Shown one piece after another: positions 28,237-36,208 of a stretch of 54,780 nucleotides of DNA. The notes under the pieces were generated by a model that was not told the DNA's origin, ran no database searches, and saw only the letters and a list, made by a program, of their open reading frames with translations. Made by a program: the position numbers and the translations under genes. Every line of letters begins with the position of its first letter. Positions within the stretch are counted from its first letter, which is position 1. The stretch is from a virus (Duplodnaviria; Caudoviricetes). The stretch covers positions 1 through 54,780 of IMG/VR virus record IMGVR_UViG_3300037307_000593; one strand, given 5' to 3'.

Positions 28237-29518
28237 CGGCGTCGCACGTATCCTCGTGTACTATCTCGCGGCAATCGGTACACCGATCATGGTGGCGCGC
28301 GCAATCGGGACAATATGCTGTCACGCCACGATCCCGCCGATCTCGTCGTGTCTCGCGCGAGAGAGAGGCCTCGATCCACTCCTCCTCACAATCGGGCGCG
28401 ACGCACGTTTGCCGCGCATTGTCGGCGCATGATTCGCAGAGGTAGCCGTTAGCTACTGACTCGGCGCCATCGAAAAAATCCTCTCCGCATTCACAACAGT
28501 TATACACATCGTCGGCGCATGACGGGCAATATTGCAAATGCCCATCATTCTCGTGATACCGATAGGAGCCGGCGCAACGCTCGCACGTGTAGATCTCCGC
28601 CTCCCATGCCGTGCCGTTTGTGATCCCGGTTTCCAGCTCTCCCTCTTCGCTGAGCACAAGATACTTGCCTTGCCGCTCAGCGAAGGTGGATCTCCCGTCG
28701 ATATACGGCATTAGGTAGCCGGTCCCATCAGGAATCGCGCGGATCCGCGCGCCCTCCAAATCTCCGCGCGTGTAGCCGTTCGCCTCCAAGAGTGTTTCGA
28801 TCAACGTCGTGTGGCCATACGTGCGGCTGTACGTCTGATTCGCTGGCCAGACAATCGCGCGGGCGGACGCGTGATCGGGATCGCCGGTGTACGCCAGTGC
28901 GAGATCCGGAGAGTTGCCATAGGCGCGCGTAGGATGTACGTGAGAAGTAAACACGCGGCATCTCCCGCCACGGCATGATGTGTGTCGGCATGTGCGATCC
29001 GCATCAAACGATCCCGCATGGCTCATACAGGATTGCGGGCCGCCGATATACACGCGTTCGATTGTGTCGGGATCGGTCGTGAAGTGTAGTTCCATCGCAG
29101 CGGCGCTACACTCTCCGGCATACCGCGTGATCTCGTCATGCGAGAACACATCGCCGAAAAACTCCGCGAGATAGCGGCCGACTTTCATGGTCGTTTGCCG
29201 ATCCGCGATCCCATGCTCGTCGTTTTTGGTATACGCGATCATGCCGGGCGTTTTCACCGACATATGTGCAAAATGTGTATACAGCTGGCCCCATGGGTGG
29301 CAATAGCGCGCGTGATCGTGCCACGGCACGCGCACATACTCGCCAGTAGCGAATCTAGAAGCCTCGCGATTGTGCCATGCGGTACGTTCCTCGTCGGAAC
29401 ACACAAACGTCACAATCTTGTCGGCATGTGCGGCGCGAGCCTCGTGTGCGTCGCGCGCCGTTTCAAACGATTCGCCAGATTCGGGCGCCGATTCCTTGTC
29501 GTGCAGCATGTACGGCAT
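28178..29518 (-). CDS. Hypothetical protein with multi-CxxC C-terminus
   Basis: 446 aa; QSCMS, SARAIVW..YSRTYG, MPYID, then roughly eight CxxC pairs; AGAGGAG RBS. Confidence 0.7.
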   Translation of the reverse strand: MPYMLHDKESAPESGESFETARDAHEARAAHADKIVTFVCSDEERTAWHNREASRFATGEYVRVPWHDHARYCHPWGQLYTHFAHMSVKTPGMIAYTKNDEHGIADRQTTMKVGRYLAEFFGDVFSHDEITRYAGECSAAAMELHFTTDPDTIERVYIGGPQSCMSHAGSFDADRTCRHTSCRGGRCRVFTSHVHPTRAYGNSPDLALAYTGDPDHASARAIVWPANQTYSRTYGHTTLIETLLEANGYTRGDLEGARIRAIPDGTGYLMPYIDGRSTFAERQGKYLVLSEEGELETGITNGTAWEAEIYTCERCAGSYRYHENDGHLQYCPSCADDVYNCCECGEDFFDGAESVANGYLCESCADNARQTCVAPDCEEEWIEASLSRETRRDRRDRGVTAYCPDCARHHDRCTDCREIVHEDTCDADGRCEDCTPSDDCEADNAA

Positions 29519-29537
29519 TAGATGTTCTCCTCTCTCT

Positions 29538-29642
29538 TTAGTGAGTCAGGATGTACCACTGACGGTACGGTAGCGGGCGCGCGCCGTTCGCGCGCATGAC
29601 GCGCGCATACTCGTCGTAACTGGGAGGGATCCGTTTTCTCAT
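29538..29642 (-). CDS. Small hypothetical protein (34 aa)
   Basis: GAGGAGCGACG RBS behind promoter 29706-29734; reads MRKRIPPSYDEYARVMRANGARPLPYRQWYILTH*. Confidence 0.55.
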   Translation of the reverse strand: MRKRIPPSYDEYARVMRANGARPLPYRQWYILTH

Positions 29643-29705
29643 CTCTCGTCGCTCCTCGTGTTTTCGGCACCGCGTCACGGTGCCGTGATCTACTACCGAT
29701 CCCAC

Positions 29706-29734
29706 GTTATAGCACTACGCGCAAGCGATTGCAA
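29706..29734 (-). promoter_or_regulatory. Sigma70-type promoter
   Basis: TTGCAA-17 bp-TATAAC with CGCGTAGTG in the spacer. Confidence 0.6.
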
Positions 29735-29791
29735 CTCGAACCACTACCATGCATAGCAAGGCAATCGGCGCGCGCGCGATTTCCATGCATA

Positions 29792-30109
29792 GATGAGTCG
29801 GAGAACTAGCCTCTCTATGTACATGCACGCCGATCCCTCGGATCGGGATCGAGTTGAGCGTAGGCGTATCAAGGCGTACAGGCCTCTAGCTGGGCGTACC
29901 GCGCGAGATTTTTTCGGCCATAGCGCGGTAAGGATCGATCCGAATCGCGCGTCCTAGCGCAACGTCGTGCCATTTACAGCTAAGTACTTTTTGCACGATT
30001 TTTGACGATTTTCTGGTACGCGAATTGCTACTACGCGACAGTCCAGTTTTATAGATGAGTCGGCGTGACCGGAGTCGGAAATGGATGAGTCGGCCTATGG
30101 ATGAGTCGG
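29792..30109. repeat. Four direct copies of GATGAGTCGG in a non-coding region
   Basis: Exact copies at 29792, 30054, 30084 and 30100; partial GGAGTCGG at 30071. Confidence 0.7.
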
Positions 30110-30214
30110 GCCTTTTCCCCCACGCCTGTGCGCGAGACCCCCCCTAGCGCCTAAATTTTTGCCCCAGCAACTGAGGCCTCCGCGCGAGGCCCCCCCTAGC
30201 GCCGAAATTTTTGC

Positions 30215-30367
30215 TCAGGCGCCCGCAGGCGGGCCGATTACCTGCAGGAGGATGGCGAGGGTCAGGAGGAGGCCGAACGCGCGCCAGTCGCCCGCCAGGG
30301 CGGCGAGCGGGGCACCCACGAGGGCGATGAGGGCGAGCAGGGCGAGGCGCAGGCGCTCAGGCAGCAT
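30215..30367 (-). CDS. Small two-TM membrane protein
   Basis: MLPERLRLALLALIALVGAPLAALAGDWRAFGLLLTLAILLQVIG. Confidence 0.5.
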   Translation of the reverse strand: MLPERLRLALLALIALVGAPLAALAGDWRAFGLLLTLAILLQVIGPPAGA

Positions 30368-30743
30368 CGGGCGCCTCAGCGAGGCGGGCCGCCGCCTCCA
30401 GCACCGCGGCGAGCACCGCCGCCTCAGACGGCAGCACGGCACCCTGCACGGCGACCGCAAGATACCCCGCCGGTCCCGTGCCGTCCGGTGTCGGGGCGCC
30501 CGCCTGCAGGTCCACCGAGGCGAACACGAGCGGCCCCGAGGTGTAGCGCACGTGGCGGTCGCCGAGGCGCGGATAGATCGTCCCCTCGACCGTCACCACG
30601 CCCGCCGTGGGCTGGGCAGGGTCCACGAGCACCTCGACCACCACGCTCGATGGGGGCGCGGCCGCGCCCACGTGCCACGCCTGCCGCGTCGCGGCCACAA
30701 GGCGCAGGGCCAGTCCACTGGCTGTCGCTGTCTTGGCTCCCAT
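30357..30743 (-). CDS. Hypothetical protein
   Basis: Preceded by GGGAGCGACGACGATG and a promoter at 30818-30846. Confidence 0.6.
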   Translation of the reverse strand: MGAKTATASGLALRLVAATRQAWHVGAAAPPSSVVVEVLVDPAQPTAGVVTVEGTIYPRLGDRHVRYTSGPLVFASVDLQAGAPTPDGTGPAGYLAVAVQGAVLPSEAAVLAAVLEAAARLAEAPDAA

Positions 30744-30817
30744 CGTCGTCGCTCCCTCTGGTCGGCGTCACCCAACCCGTCGCGCAGGGCGCGTCATGCG
30801 CTCCGACCTCACACATA

Positions 30818-30846
30818 GTAGTAGCAAAACGCGCCTCTGGAGTCAA
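30818..30846 (-). promoter_or_regulatory. Sigma70-type promoter
   Basis: TTGACT-17 bp-TACTAC(TAT). Confidence 0.5.
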
Positions 30847-31014
30847 GGGGCAATGTGGCGGCAGGCTCCGGTTACGTCTCCAAAACCCAATCGCTCACGG
30901 CGATCTGTGCGGCATATACAGATACGGCGCAGCGACCGGCTCATCACAACGTCGCGCGATGCGTCTTGCTGAAGCAACCGCCCATGCCCAACTTCGCCAC
31001 CTGTGATCCTGCCC

Positions 31015-31086
31015 TCAGTCGTCCCATGGCAATGGGATCACCCCGTCCGGATGCGTCGGTAGCACATACCTAGACACAGATGCCAT
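31015..31086 (-). CDS. 23-aa peptide
   Basis: GGGGAGCGACGATG start behind promoter 31139-31167; reads MASVSRYVLPTHPDGVIPLPWDD*. Confidence 0.45.
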   Translation of the reverse strand: MASVSRYVLPTHPDGVIPLPWDD

Positions 31087-31138
31087 CGTCGCTCCCCTTT
31101 GCGTCTCAGGGCCGCTCGTCACGCGACCCAACGAACAC

Positions 31139-31167
31139 ATCATACCACTACTACGCGCAGGTGTCAA
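31139..31167 (-). promoter_or_regulatory. Sigma70-type promoter
   Basis: TTGACA-17 bp-TATGAT with TG extension; CGCGTAGTAG in the spacer. Confidence 0.8.
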
Positions 31168-31246
31168 GAGGAGACCCACGCAGAGATCCGCCGCCTCGCC
31201 TGCGTGGGCGCGAGGCTGACCCGAGGGACTGGCGCGGAGCGCGGCG

Positions 31247-31453
31247 TCAGTCGCTCGTGGCGGGTGCCCGAGGTCGGTTGGCTTCACACGCCGCGCAGAC
31301 GCGGTCGCTCAGAACTTGTGGGCGCGCATCCCGCAGGACGCGCTGACACAGGGTCCGCACCGGCTCCCCGTCACGCCATGTGCATGGCGGCGTCATCGTC
31401 AGATGGGCGACCACGCCTTCGCGGAGGGTCACTCCGTAGAATTGCTGCTTCAT
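31247..31453 (-). CDS. Small His/Cys zinc-binding hypothetical protein
   Basis: MKQQFYG...AHL...TLC...VCAAC. Confidence 0.5.
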   Translation of the reverse strand: MKQQFYGVTLREGVVAHLTMTPPCTWRDGEPVRTLCQRVLRDARPQVLSDRVCAACEANRPRAPATSD

Positions 31454-31589
31454 AGACACCCCCCCCGTCAGACAAAATACTGGGAGACACTCCCCCATGC
31501 GAAGCCCCCCATCGCACCGAAGTTTTTGGATTTGTCGTCGCTCCGTCGGCCAGACGCGGGCGAGGACGTCACCCCACCCGCGATGAGCC

Positions 31590-31619
31590 ATGATACTACG
31601 ACGCGCCTTCTGGCGTCAA
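31590..31619 (-). promoter_or_regulatory. Sigma70-type promoter
   Basis: TTGACG-18 bp-TATCAT with CGCGTCGTAG in the spacer. Confidence 0.55.
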
Positions 31620-31687
31620 GCTCGCTGGCCGGCGAACTTGGGAAGTGCGCCAAGTGCGTATATAGATACGCACGCTTCCGCACTTCC

Positions 31688-31909
31688 TCAGATCCGCGAA
31701 CTGCGCCACACGGATGAGCCGTGGGTGCCAGAGGACACATACCCAGAGGCGGCGGTCAGGCGGTCCTCAAGGACGCTCACCCCGTCGGTCGCCTTGGCCT
31801 GCGAGAAGGCCTCCTCCAGCAGGTCAGTGGCCACCTCCGCCACGAGCCGGAAGCCTCGCGGAAAGGCCCATGGCGAGGCGCCCACGTCGGTGCGCCAGAG
31901 GGCGATCAT
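31688..31909 (-). CDS. Hypothetical protein
   Basis: ATGA overlap with the upstream ORF; MIALWRTD..., 73 aa. Confidence 0.5.
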   Translation of the reverse strand: MIALWRTDVGASPWAFPRGFRLVAEVATDLLEEAFSQAKATDGVSVLEDRLTAASGYVSSGTHGSSVWRSSRI

Positions 31910-32127
31910 CGCGCCACCTCGACGCTGTGTTCCCAGATCTGGGCGCGCTCCTCGTCGGCAGGCATCCCTCCGCCCACCGGCGCGGGGTCCAAGACGGCCG
32001 CCGCCGCGCGCAGGACGCTGCTCACCGCGCCCATCGAGCCGCCGCTCGCGAGATACGCGGCGGCATTCAGGGCGTCCCTGAGCGCCCCTTCCAAGTCGGC
32101 AATGCGAGTCACCGGATCCATTGTCAT
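31906..32127 (-). CDS. Hypothetical protein
   Basis: GGGAGG RBS; 73 aa. Confidence 0.55.
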   Translation of the reverse strand: MTMDPVTRIADLEGALRDALNAAAYLASGGSMGAVSSVLRAAAAVLDPAPVGGGMPADEERAQIWEHSVEVAR

Positions 32128-32133
32128 CCTCCC

Positions 32134-32229
32134 TCAGCCCGCGAGACCCAACACGGTGAACACCACGGGCAGGGCGAAGAACGCCGCCACCCAGATCCGC
32201 GCTTTCACTTGCTCCTGCCGCGTCAACAT
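32134..32229 (-). CDS. 31-aa single-TM peptide
   Basis: GGGAGCGACGATG start; reads MLTRQEQVKARIWVAAFFALPVVFTVLGLAG*. Confidence 0.55.
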   Translation of the reverse strand: MLTRQEQVKARIWVAAFFALPVVFTVLGLAG

Positions 32230-32274
32230 CGTCGCTCCCTTCAGGGCCGCGCGTCACCGCGACCCAACGAAGGC

Positions 32275-32303
32275 ATCATAGCACTACTGCGCGCTGGTGT
32301 CAA
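32275..32303 (-). promoter_or_regulatory. Sigma70-type promoter
   Basis: TTGACA-17 bp-TATGAT; nearly identical to 32572-32600. Confidence 0.8.
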
Positions 32304-32307
32304 GCCT

Positions 32308-32520
32308 TCAGCAGTTGCCGAAGATGGCGACGGCCCGCTCGTGCAGCGTCTCCTCGCGCGCCGCCTTGGCCATCACGCGCGCCTGCCGCTCGGCGATCCT
32401 CGCACTGGTCGCGGCCCGCTCAGCCGTCCGCAGGTCACCGGCTGCCCGCATCTCGCGCTCGTAGGCGCGGAACTCGGCGGCCGTCTTCTTCGCGGCTGCG
32501 ATGTGTTCTGCTAGAGTCAT
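32308..32520 (-). CDS. Hypothetical helical protein (70 aa)
   Basis: GAGGAGCGACGACATG start behind a promoter. Confidence 0.6.
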   Translation of the reverse strand: MTLAEHIAAAKKTAAEFRAYEREMRAAGDLRTAERAATSARIAERQARVMAKAAREETLHERAVAIFGNC

Positions 32521-32571
32521 GTCGTCGCTCCTCGTGTCGCTGAGGCGCCCGTCTCGCGCCCCAACGAAGAC

Positions 32572-32600
32572 ATCATAGCACTACTTCGCGCTGGTGTCAA
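32572..32600 (-). promoter_or_regulatory. Sigma70-type promoter
   Basis: TTGACA-17 bp-TATGAT. Confidence 0.8.
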
Positions 32601-32612
32601 GCGGCGTGGGTA

Positions 32613-32699
32613 GCGGGGCTGGTTGCGGGAGTCGAACCCGCGGCCAGTCCATGGGCCGCCACACGAGACGCAGCATCACCTGTGCTCGACCAGCCCCGC
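32613..32699 (-). ncRNA. tRNA-like structured RNA (non-canonical)
   Basis: An 11-bp closing stem GCGGGGCTGGT/ACCAGCCCCGC encloses a D-like arm AGCA-CAGGTGA-TGCT and a canonical T-arm GCGGG-TTCGACT-CCCGC; no clear anticodon arm or CCA. Confidence 0.4.
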
Positions 32700-33096
32700 C
32701 TGCCCATCGGTCGTCGGCCTCTCACCGACTCGGAGGGTTAGGTCAGGCTTTCCGGCAGGCTGGGCGGTATCTTCCTCTTATCCCCGTCCTCTCCCGTAGT
32801 GCGCCTGCCGGCGGCCACCCTTGTCCCCTGTATGCGCAGCTACACCCGGTGACTAGGCCCGCGCGGAAGGGTGTCGTTTACTGCATCGTCGTCGCTCCAG
32901 TTGAGGTGATGTCGGTCGGGGCGCCGTCTCACGCCCCGACCCACTACACGCGCCCTTGTCAACCCCCCTTTCTCGCGGTGCCGGAATTCCGCGGTCGGAC
33001 AACAGAGGGGTCTGCCCCTCGGTGACTGCCGTCGCTCCCTGTCGGAACTGCTCCCCGCGGTCAGCGGATCCTAGCGCGGTCCCGACGAGCACCTAC

Positions 33097-33125
33097 ATAC
33101 TACTACCACGCGCGGCGGATGTCAA
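33097..33125 (-). promoter_or_regulatory. Sigma70-type promoter
   Basis: TTGACA-17 bp-TAGTAT with CGCGTGGTAG in the spacer. Confidence 0.75.
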
Positions 33126-33243
33126 GCCCTATTGTGTGGCAGGGGGAGCGGCGCCCCTGCCTACCGGACGCGAGGCGAACTGGGCGAGGGCGGCCCCCGT
33201 CCCACCGCGAAAGATGGCCCCCCCCTAGCGCCTAAATTTTTGC

Positions 33244-33801
33244 CTAGAAACTGCGGCTCTTCGTCAGGCCCCACGAGGTGCGGCTGCGCGGCGCGACCCG
33301 CAGGCGCTGCTCTCGCGCCCACTGTCGGACCCCTGCCTCGACGGTCGGCCAAACGAAGTCATGGCCCGCGAGCAGGCCCCCCACCTTGACCTTCGGCCAC
33401 CACGCCTTGCACTCGCGGTACACGTGCGCCGCGGAGTGATCATCGTCGAGGAACACGAGGTCGAGGCTCTCGTCGGCATAGGTGGCGGCTGCCGCCAAGG
33501 CATCGCCCACACAGATCCGCACCGGCAGGCCCGCGAGCGTCGCCCGCACCTCGGCCTGATCGATGGGCGTCCAGTCCGGCTGCCCATGCCCTGGGTTGGT
33601 GCCGAGATAGTTGTCCCACGTGTCGAACTGGATCGCCTTGCCGCTCGCCTGTATCAACGTGCCCATGACGTAGGCGGAGCGCCCGTGGTACGTGCCGCAC
33701 TCAACGAAATACGCCCCCGTCTCCGGCGCGACGTCCACGCAGGCGGCATACAGGTCGTCGAAGTCGCAGAACCCCTCGATGTTCGCTAGCGTCGTCGCCA
33801 T
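33244..33801 (-). CDS. Class I SAM methyltransferase (Methyltransf_24-like)
   Basis: FVECGTYHGRSA, DTW, LDLVFLDDDH, KVKVGGLLAGHDF. Confidence 0.85.
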   Translation of the reverse strand: MATTLANIEGFCDFDDLYAACVDVAPETGAYFVECGTYHGRSAYVMGTLIQASGKAIQFDTWDNYLGTNPGHGQPDWTPIDQAEVRATLAGLPVRICVGDALAAAATYADESLDLVFLDDDHSAAHVYRECKAWWPKVKVGGLLAGHDFVWPTVEAGVRQWAREQRLRVAPRSRTSWGLTKSRSF

Positions 33802-33904
33802 CGTCCCCGCCAATCCGCCGACATGTACAGAAACGCAGGGCGCGTCCACCACGCGTGGACACGCACCAGCACGTTGAGGACCAACAGGCGCAGCACGTCC
33901 ATGG

Positions 33905-34147
33905 TCAGCCCCCCTTGGGATACTTGCGCGGGCCGTGGAGTCGGTAGCAATCCCAGCCGGACCGGCGCCGCGCCTTCGGCAACTGGCGCCGCACGGCGAC
34001 GACGTCCCCGCGCGCTACGCTGTCGAACTGGAGCCAGCGGGGGTCAGGCGTGGACTCGACCTCGGCCCCCAAGCGTCCGCCCCGTACGCCATTGCCGTCC
34101 TGATCGGTGCGCGGCCAGAGGACTTCCCAGTCAGGTTTGTCACCCAT
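33905..34147 (-). CDS. Hypothetical protein
   Basis: GAGCGACGATG start; MGDKPDWEVLW... Confidence 0.5.
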   Translation of the reverse strand: MGDKPDWEVLWPRTDQDGNGVRGGRLGAEVESTPDPRWLQFDSVARGDVVAVRRQLPKARRRSGWDCYRLHGPRKYPKGG

Positions 34148-34210
34148 CGTCGCTCGTCCCGTGCGCGGTCGTCGGTGCATCCACGTCTCATACCAGAGGC
34201 CTCACGCCTC

Positions 34211-34441
34211 TCACCGACTGAGGCCGAGCGCACGCTCGACCGCCACGAGCGCCCGTTGCGGGTCGGACCGGACCCCGCGCAAGACCGGCAAGACCTCCCA
34301 GCGCAGCACCTCGCGCAGGGCCGTCACCTCGGCCTGCAGCCGCGCGATCTCGTCCGTCTCCGGGCGGCGCGGCGGGCAGGGCACGCCGAACCCATGGGTC
34401 ACCCCGCAGATGGGACAGTGGATCGTCTCCCCGTAGCTCAT
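34211..34441 (-). CDS. Hypothetical protein with CPIC..H..C knuckle and coiled coil
   Basis: 76 aa with a G-rich RBS. Confidence 0.5.
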   Translation of the reverse strand: MSYGETIHCPICGVTHGFGVPCPPRRPETDEIARLQAEVTALREVLRWEVLPVLRGVRSDPQRALVAVERALGLSR

Positions 34442-34594
34442 CCCCCCCCCTTTGCCCCGCCCAACACGACCACCCCCCTCGCGCCTAAATTTTTGCTCAG
34501 CGGGAGCGGCCCGTGGTCAGATGGCGCCACCAGTCGAGCGCAGCGAGGATCCCCACCCAGAGGGCCATCAGGAGCAACCCCTCTTCGACCCACG

Positions 34595-35440
34595 TCATCG
34601 GACCACCCCGCACGCGCGGGCCTGCTGCGCGATCTGGTCGTCATAGACCGCCGCCATCTCCCATTCCAGATCGAGCATCTGCTGCCACGACCGGCGCAGC
34701 CCGTTGTCCGCGCGCGGCTGATTCGCCTTCTTGAAGGCTTCCTGCTTGCTCTTGGTCCAGTAGTGGTTGAGCACCAGCCCCGAGTCCGACCACGTCAGCC
34801 CCTCGACGAGGAGATGATGCGGCGTCGGCGGCGGGATCAACGCCACCTTGCTCGGCTGCACAATCGACTTGCCCGCCTGCATCTCAATCGCATGGAGCCG
34901 CGAGGCGTCATGCGCGCGCCACAGGTAGTTCTGCAGCACGCCGCCGGCGGGACGCACCTCGTGCGGCTTCCACCCGAACATGCGCCACGGCACCCACACC
35001 CGCTCGACCCGTTCGCCCTGATACTGCGCCGTGGTCTCGGGCAAGATGGTGTCGATCCGCCGCCCCGCGGGATCAAAGAGGAACTCGTCGAGGTCGATGA
35101 AGGCGAGCCAGTCTACGGCAGGCCGACTCCGCAGACAGTGCGCATAGGCCGCCATCTGCTGCGAGTAGCCCCGCCACGACGTCACGGTGACGTCCGCGCC
35201 GGTGCAGCACGACGCGCCCCCGTCGGTGGAGTCGTTGTCGTAGAGGAAGAACCGGCTGATCCCGATCTGCCGATGCCACGCGAGCCACTCTGGGAGATCG
35301 CGGCCCTCGTCCTTGAAGATGGCGCAGACCCCCACGGTCACGCGTCCCGCAGGCACCCCCCCGATGTCCGCCGTGGTGGCCCCACCCACCGGACGGCCCG
35401 TGCGCTCGTCCGTGACCTGCCACCCGCCAAGGTCAGCCAC
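34595..35440 (-). CDS. GT-A glycosyltransferase (GT92 / Glyco_tranf_2_4-like)
   Basis: CAIFKDE..L.EWL.WH..IG..FFLYDNDSTD, QMAAY.HCL, WLAFIDLDEFL, LNHYWTKS. Confidence 0.85.
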   Translation of the reverse strand: MADLGGWQVTDERTGRPVGGATTADIGGVPAGRVTVGVCAIFKDEGRDLPEWLAWHRQIGISRFFLYDNDSTDGGASCCTGADVTVTSWRGYSQQMAAYAHCLRSRPAVDWLAFIDLDEFLFDPAGRRIDTILPETTAQYQGERVERVWVPWRMFGWKPHEVRPAGGVLQNYLWRAHDASRLHAIEMQAGKSIVQPSKVALIPPPTPHHLLVEGLTWSDSGLVLNHYWTKSKQEAFKKANQPRADNGLRRSWQQMLDLEWEMAAVYDDQIAQQARACGVVR

Positions 35441-35645
35441 GCGCGATGACCTCGCGCATCCACACCGCCTCCCCAATCTCCCACTCGGTCGCGGCCTTGC
35501 GTGCCCGCTCCTCGGCCCCGCGCCCCGAGAACGTCAGCGCATAGCGGTCGATCCCGTCCACAAGAAAACGGACGAGATGGTCCGACGAGGCTGACCCGCG
35601 CTGCTGTGCATACCCACGCGCCTCGATCACCACGGTGCGTTCCAT
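35433..35645 (-). CDS. Hypothetical protein
   Basis: 70 aa, translationally packed between two GT genes. Confidence 0.45.
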   Translation of the reverse strand: MERTVVIEARGYAQQRGSASSDHLVRFLVDGIDRYALTFSGRGAEERARKAATEWEIGEAVWMREVIARG

Positions 35646-35653
35646 GTGTCCAC

Positions 35654-36208
35654 TCACTCCACGTCGCGGGGGTCGCCCTTGCTGATGCGTTGGACGCGCT
35701 GCATCACCTGCGGGAACGTGATGCGTCCACTCGCTTCCTCCCATGCGCGCGTGATGAAGGCGTAATCGCCCTCGTACTCCCCAGTCCACGCGTCGCGCGC
35801 GCGCCGATAGAGGTCGGCACGCAGAACGAGACTGCCGCCTCCAATCTCCCGTACTGGTGGCAACGTACGCCAGCGGTTGCGTGGCGGCAAGACCCCGATA
35901 GTGCGGCCATGATCGACGAGCACCATCACCAGATCGATGTCTGCAGGGAGCGAGGCGAGCCAGCCGACGAACTCAAAGTGCTCGCAGACCACGTCGTCGT
36001 CATCCACCAACCAGATCCACTGGGCCTGCGGCTCCACAGTGCGTAGCCATTCATTGGCCCATGCCAGCCCGCGCTGCTCATGGTCCACCATCACCGTGTG
36101 CAGGACGCCCGTGGGGCCAAGCCCTCGGAGGCTCTTCACCATCCGTTCTAGGGCGATCCGCCGTGAGGGCAGATGGCGCGTGACGATTTCCAGCACCGCG
36201 TCAGGCAT
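35654..36208 (-). CDS. GT2-like glycosyltransferase
   Basis: WIWLVDDDD DxD motif, IGGGSLVLR, YEGDYAFI. Confidence 0.7.
   Translation of the reverse strand: MPDAVLEIVTRHLPSRRIALERMVKSLRGLGPTGVLHTVMVDHEQRGLAWANEWLRTVEPQAQWIWLVDDDDVVCEHFEFVGWLASLPADIDLVMVLVDHGRTIGVLPPRNRWRTLPPVREIGGGSLVLRADLYRRARDAWTGEYEGDYAFITRAWEEASGRITFPQVMQRVQRISKGDPRDVE

Larger units (their letters stand above)
30138..34496. repeat. Dispersed ~24-bp repeat CCCCCCT(A/C)GCGCC(T/G)AAATTTTTGC
   Basis: Copies at 30138-30162, 30190-30214, 33218-33243 and 34473-34496; degenerate copy at 31505-31529; all in the same orientation. Confidence 0.75.

Noticed and set aside
32613-32699. Canonical tRNA or tmRNA call
   Set aside because: No 5-bp stem/7-nt anticodon loop, no encoded CCA, and far too short for tmRNA; kept only as tRNA-like.
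30138-34496. Possible CRISPR array from the 24-bp repeats or the promoter cassettes
   Set aside because: Spacing is irregular (tens of bp to kb) with genes in between; there is no repeat-spacer periodicity.
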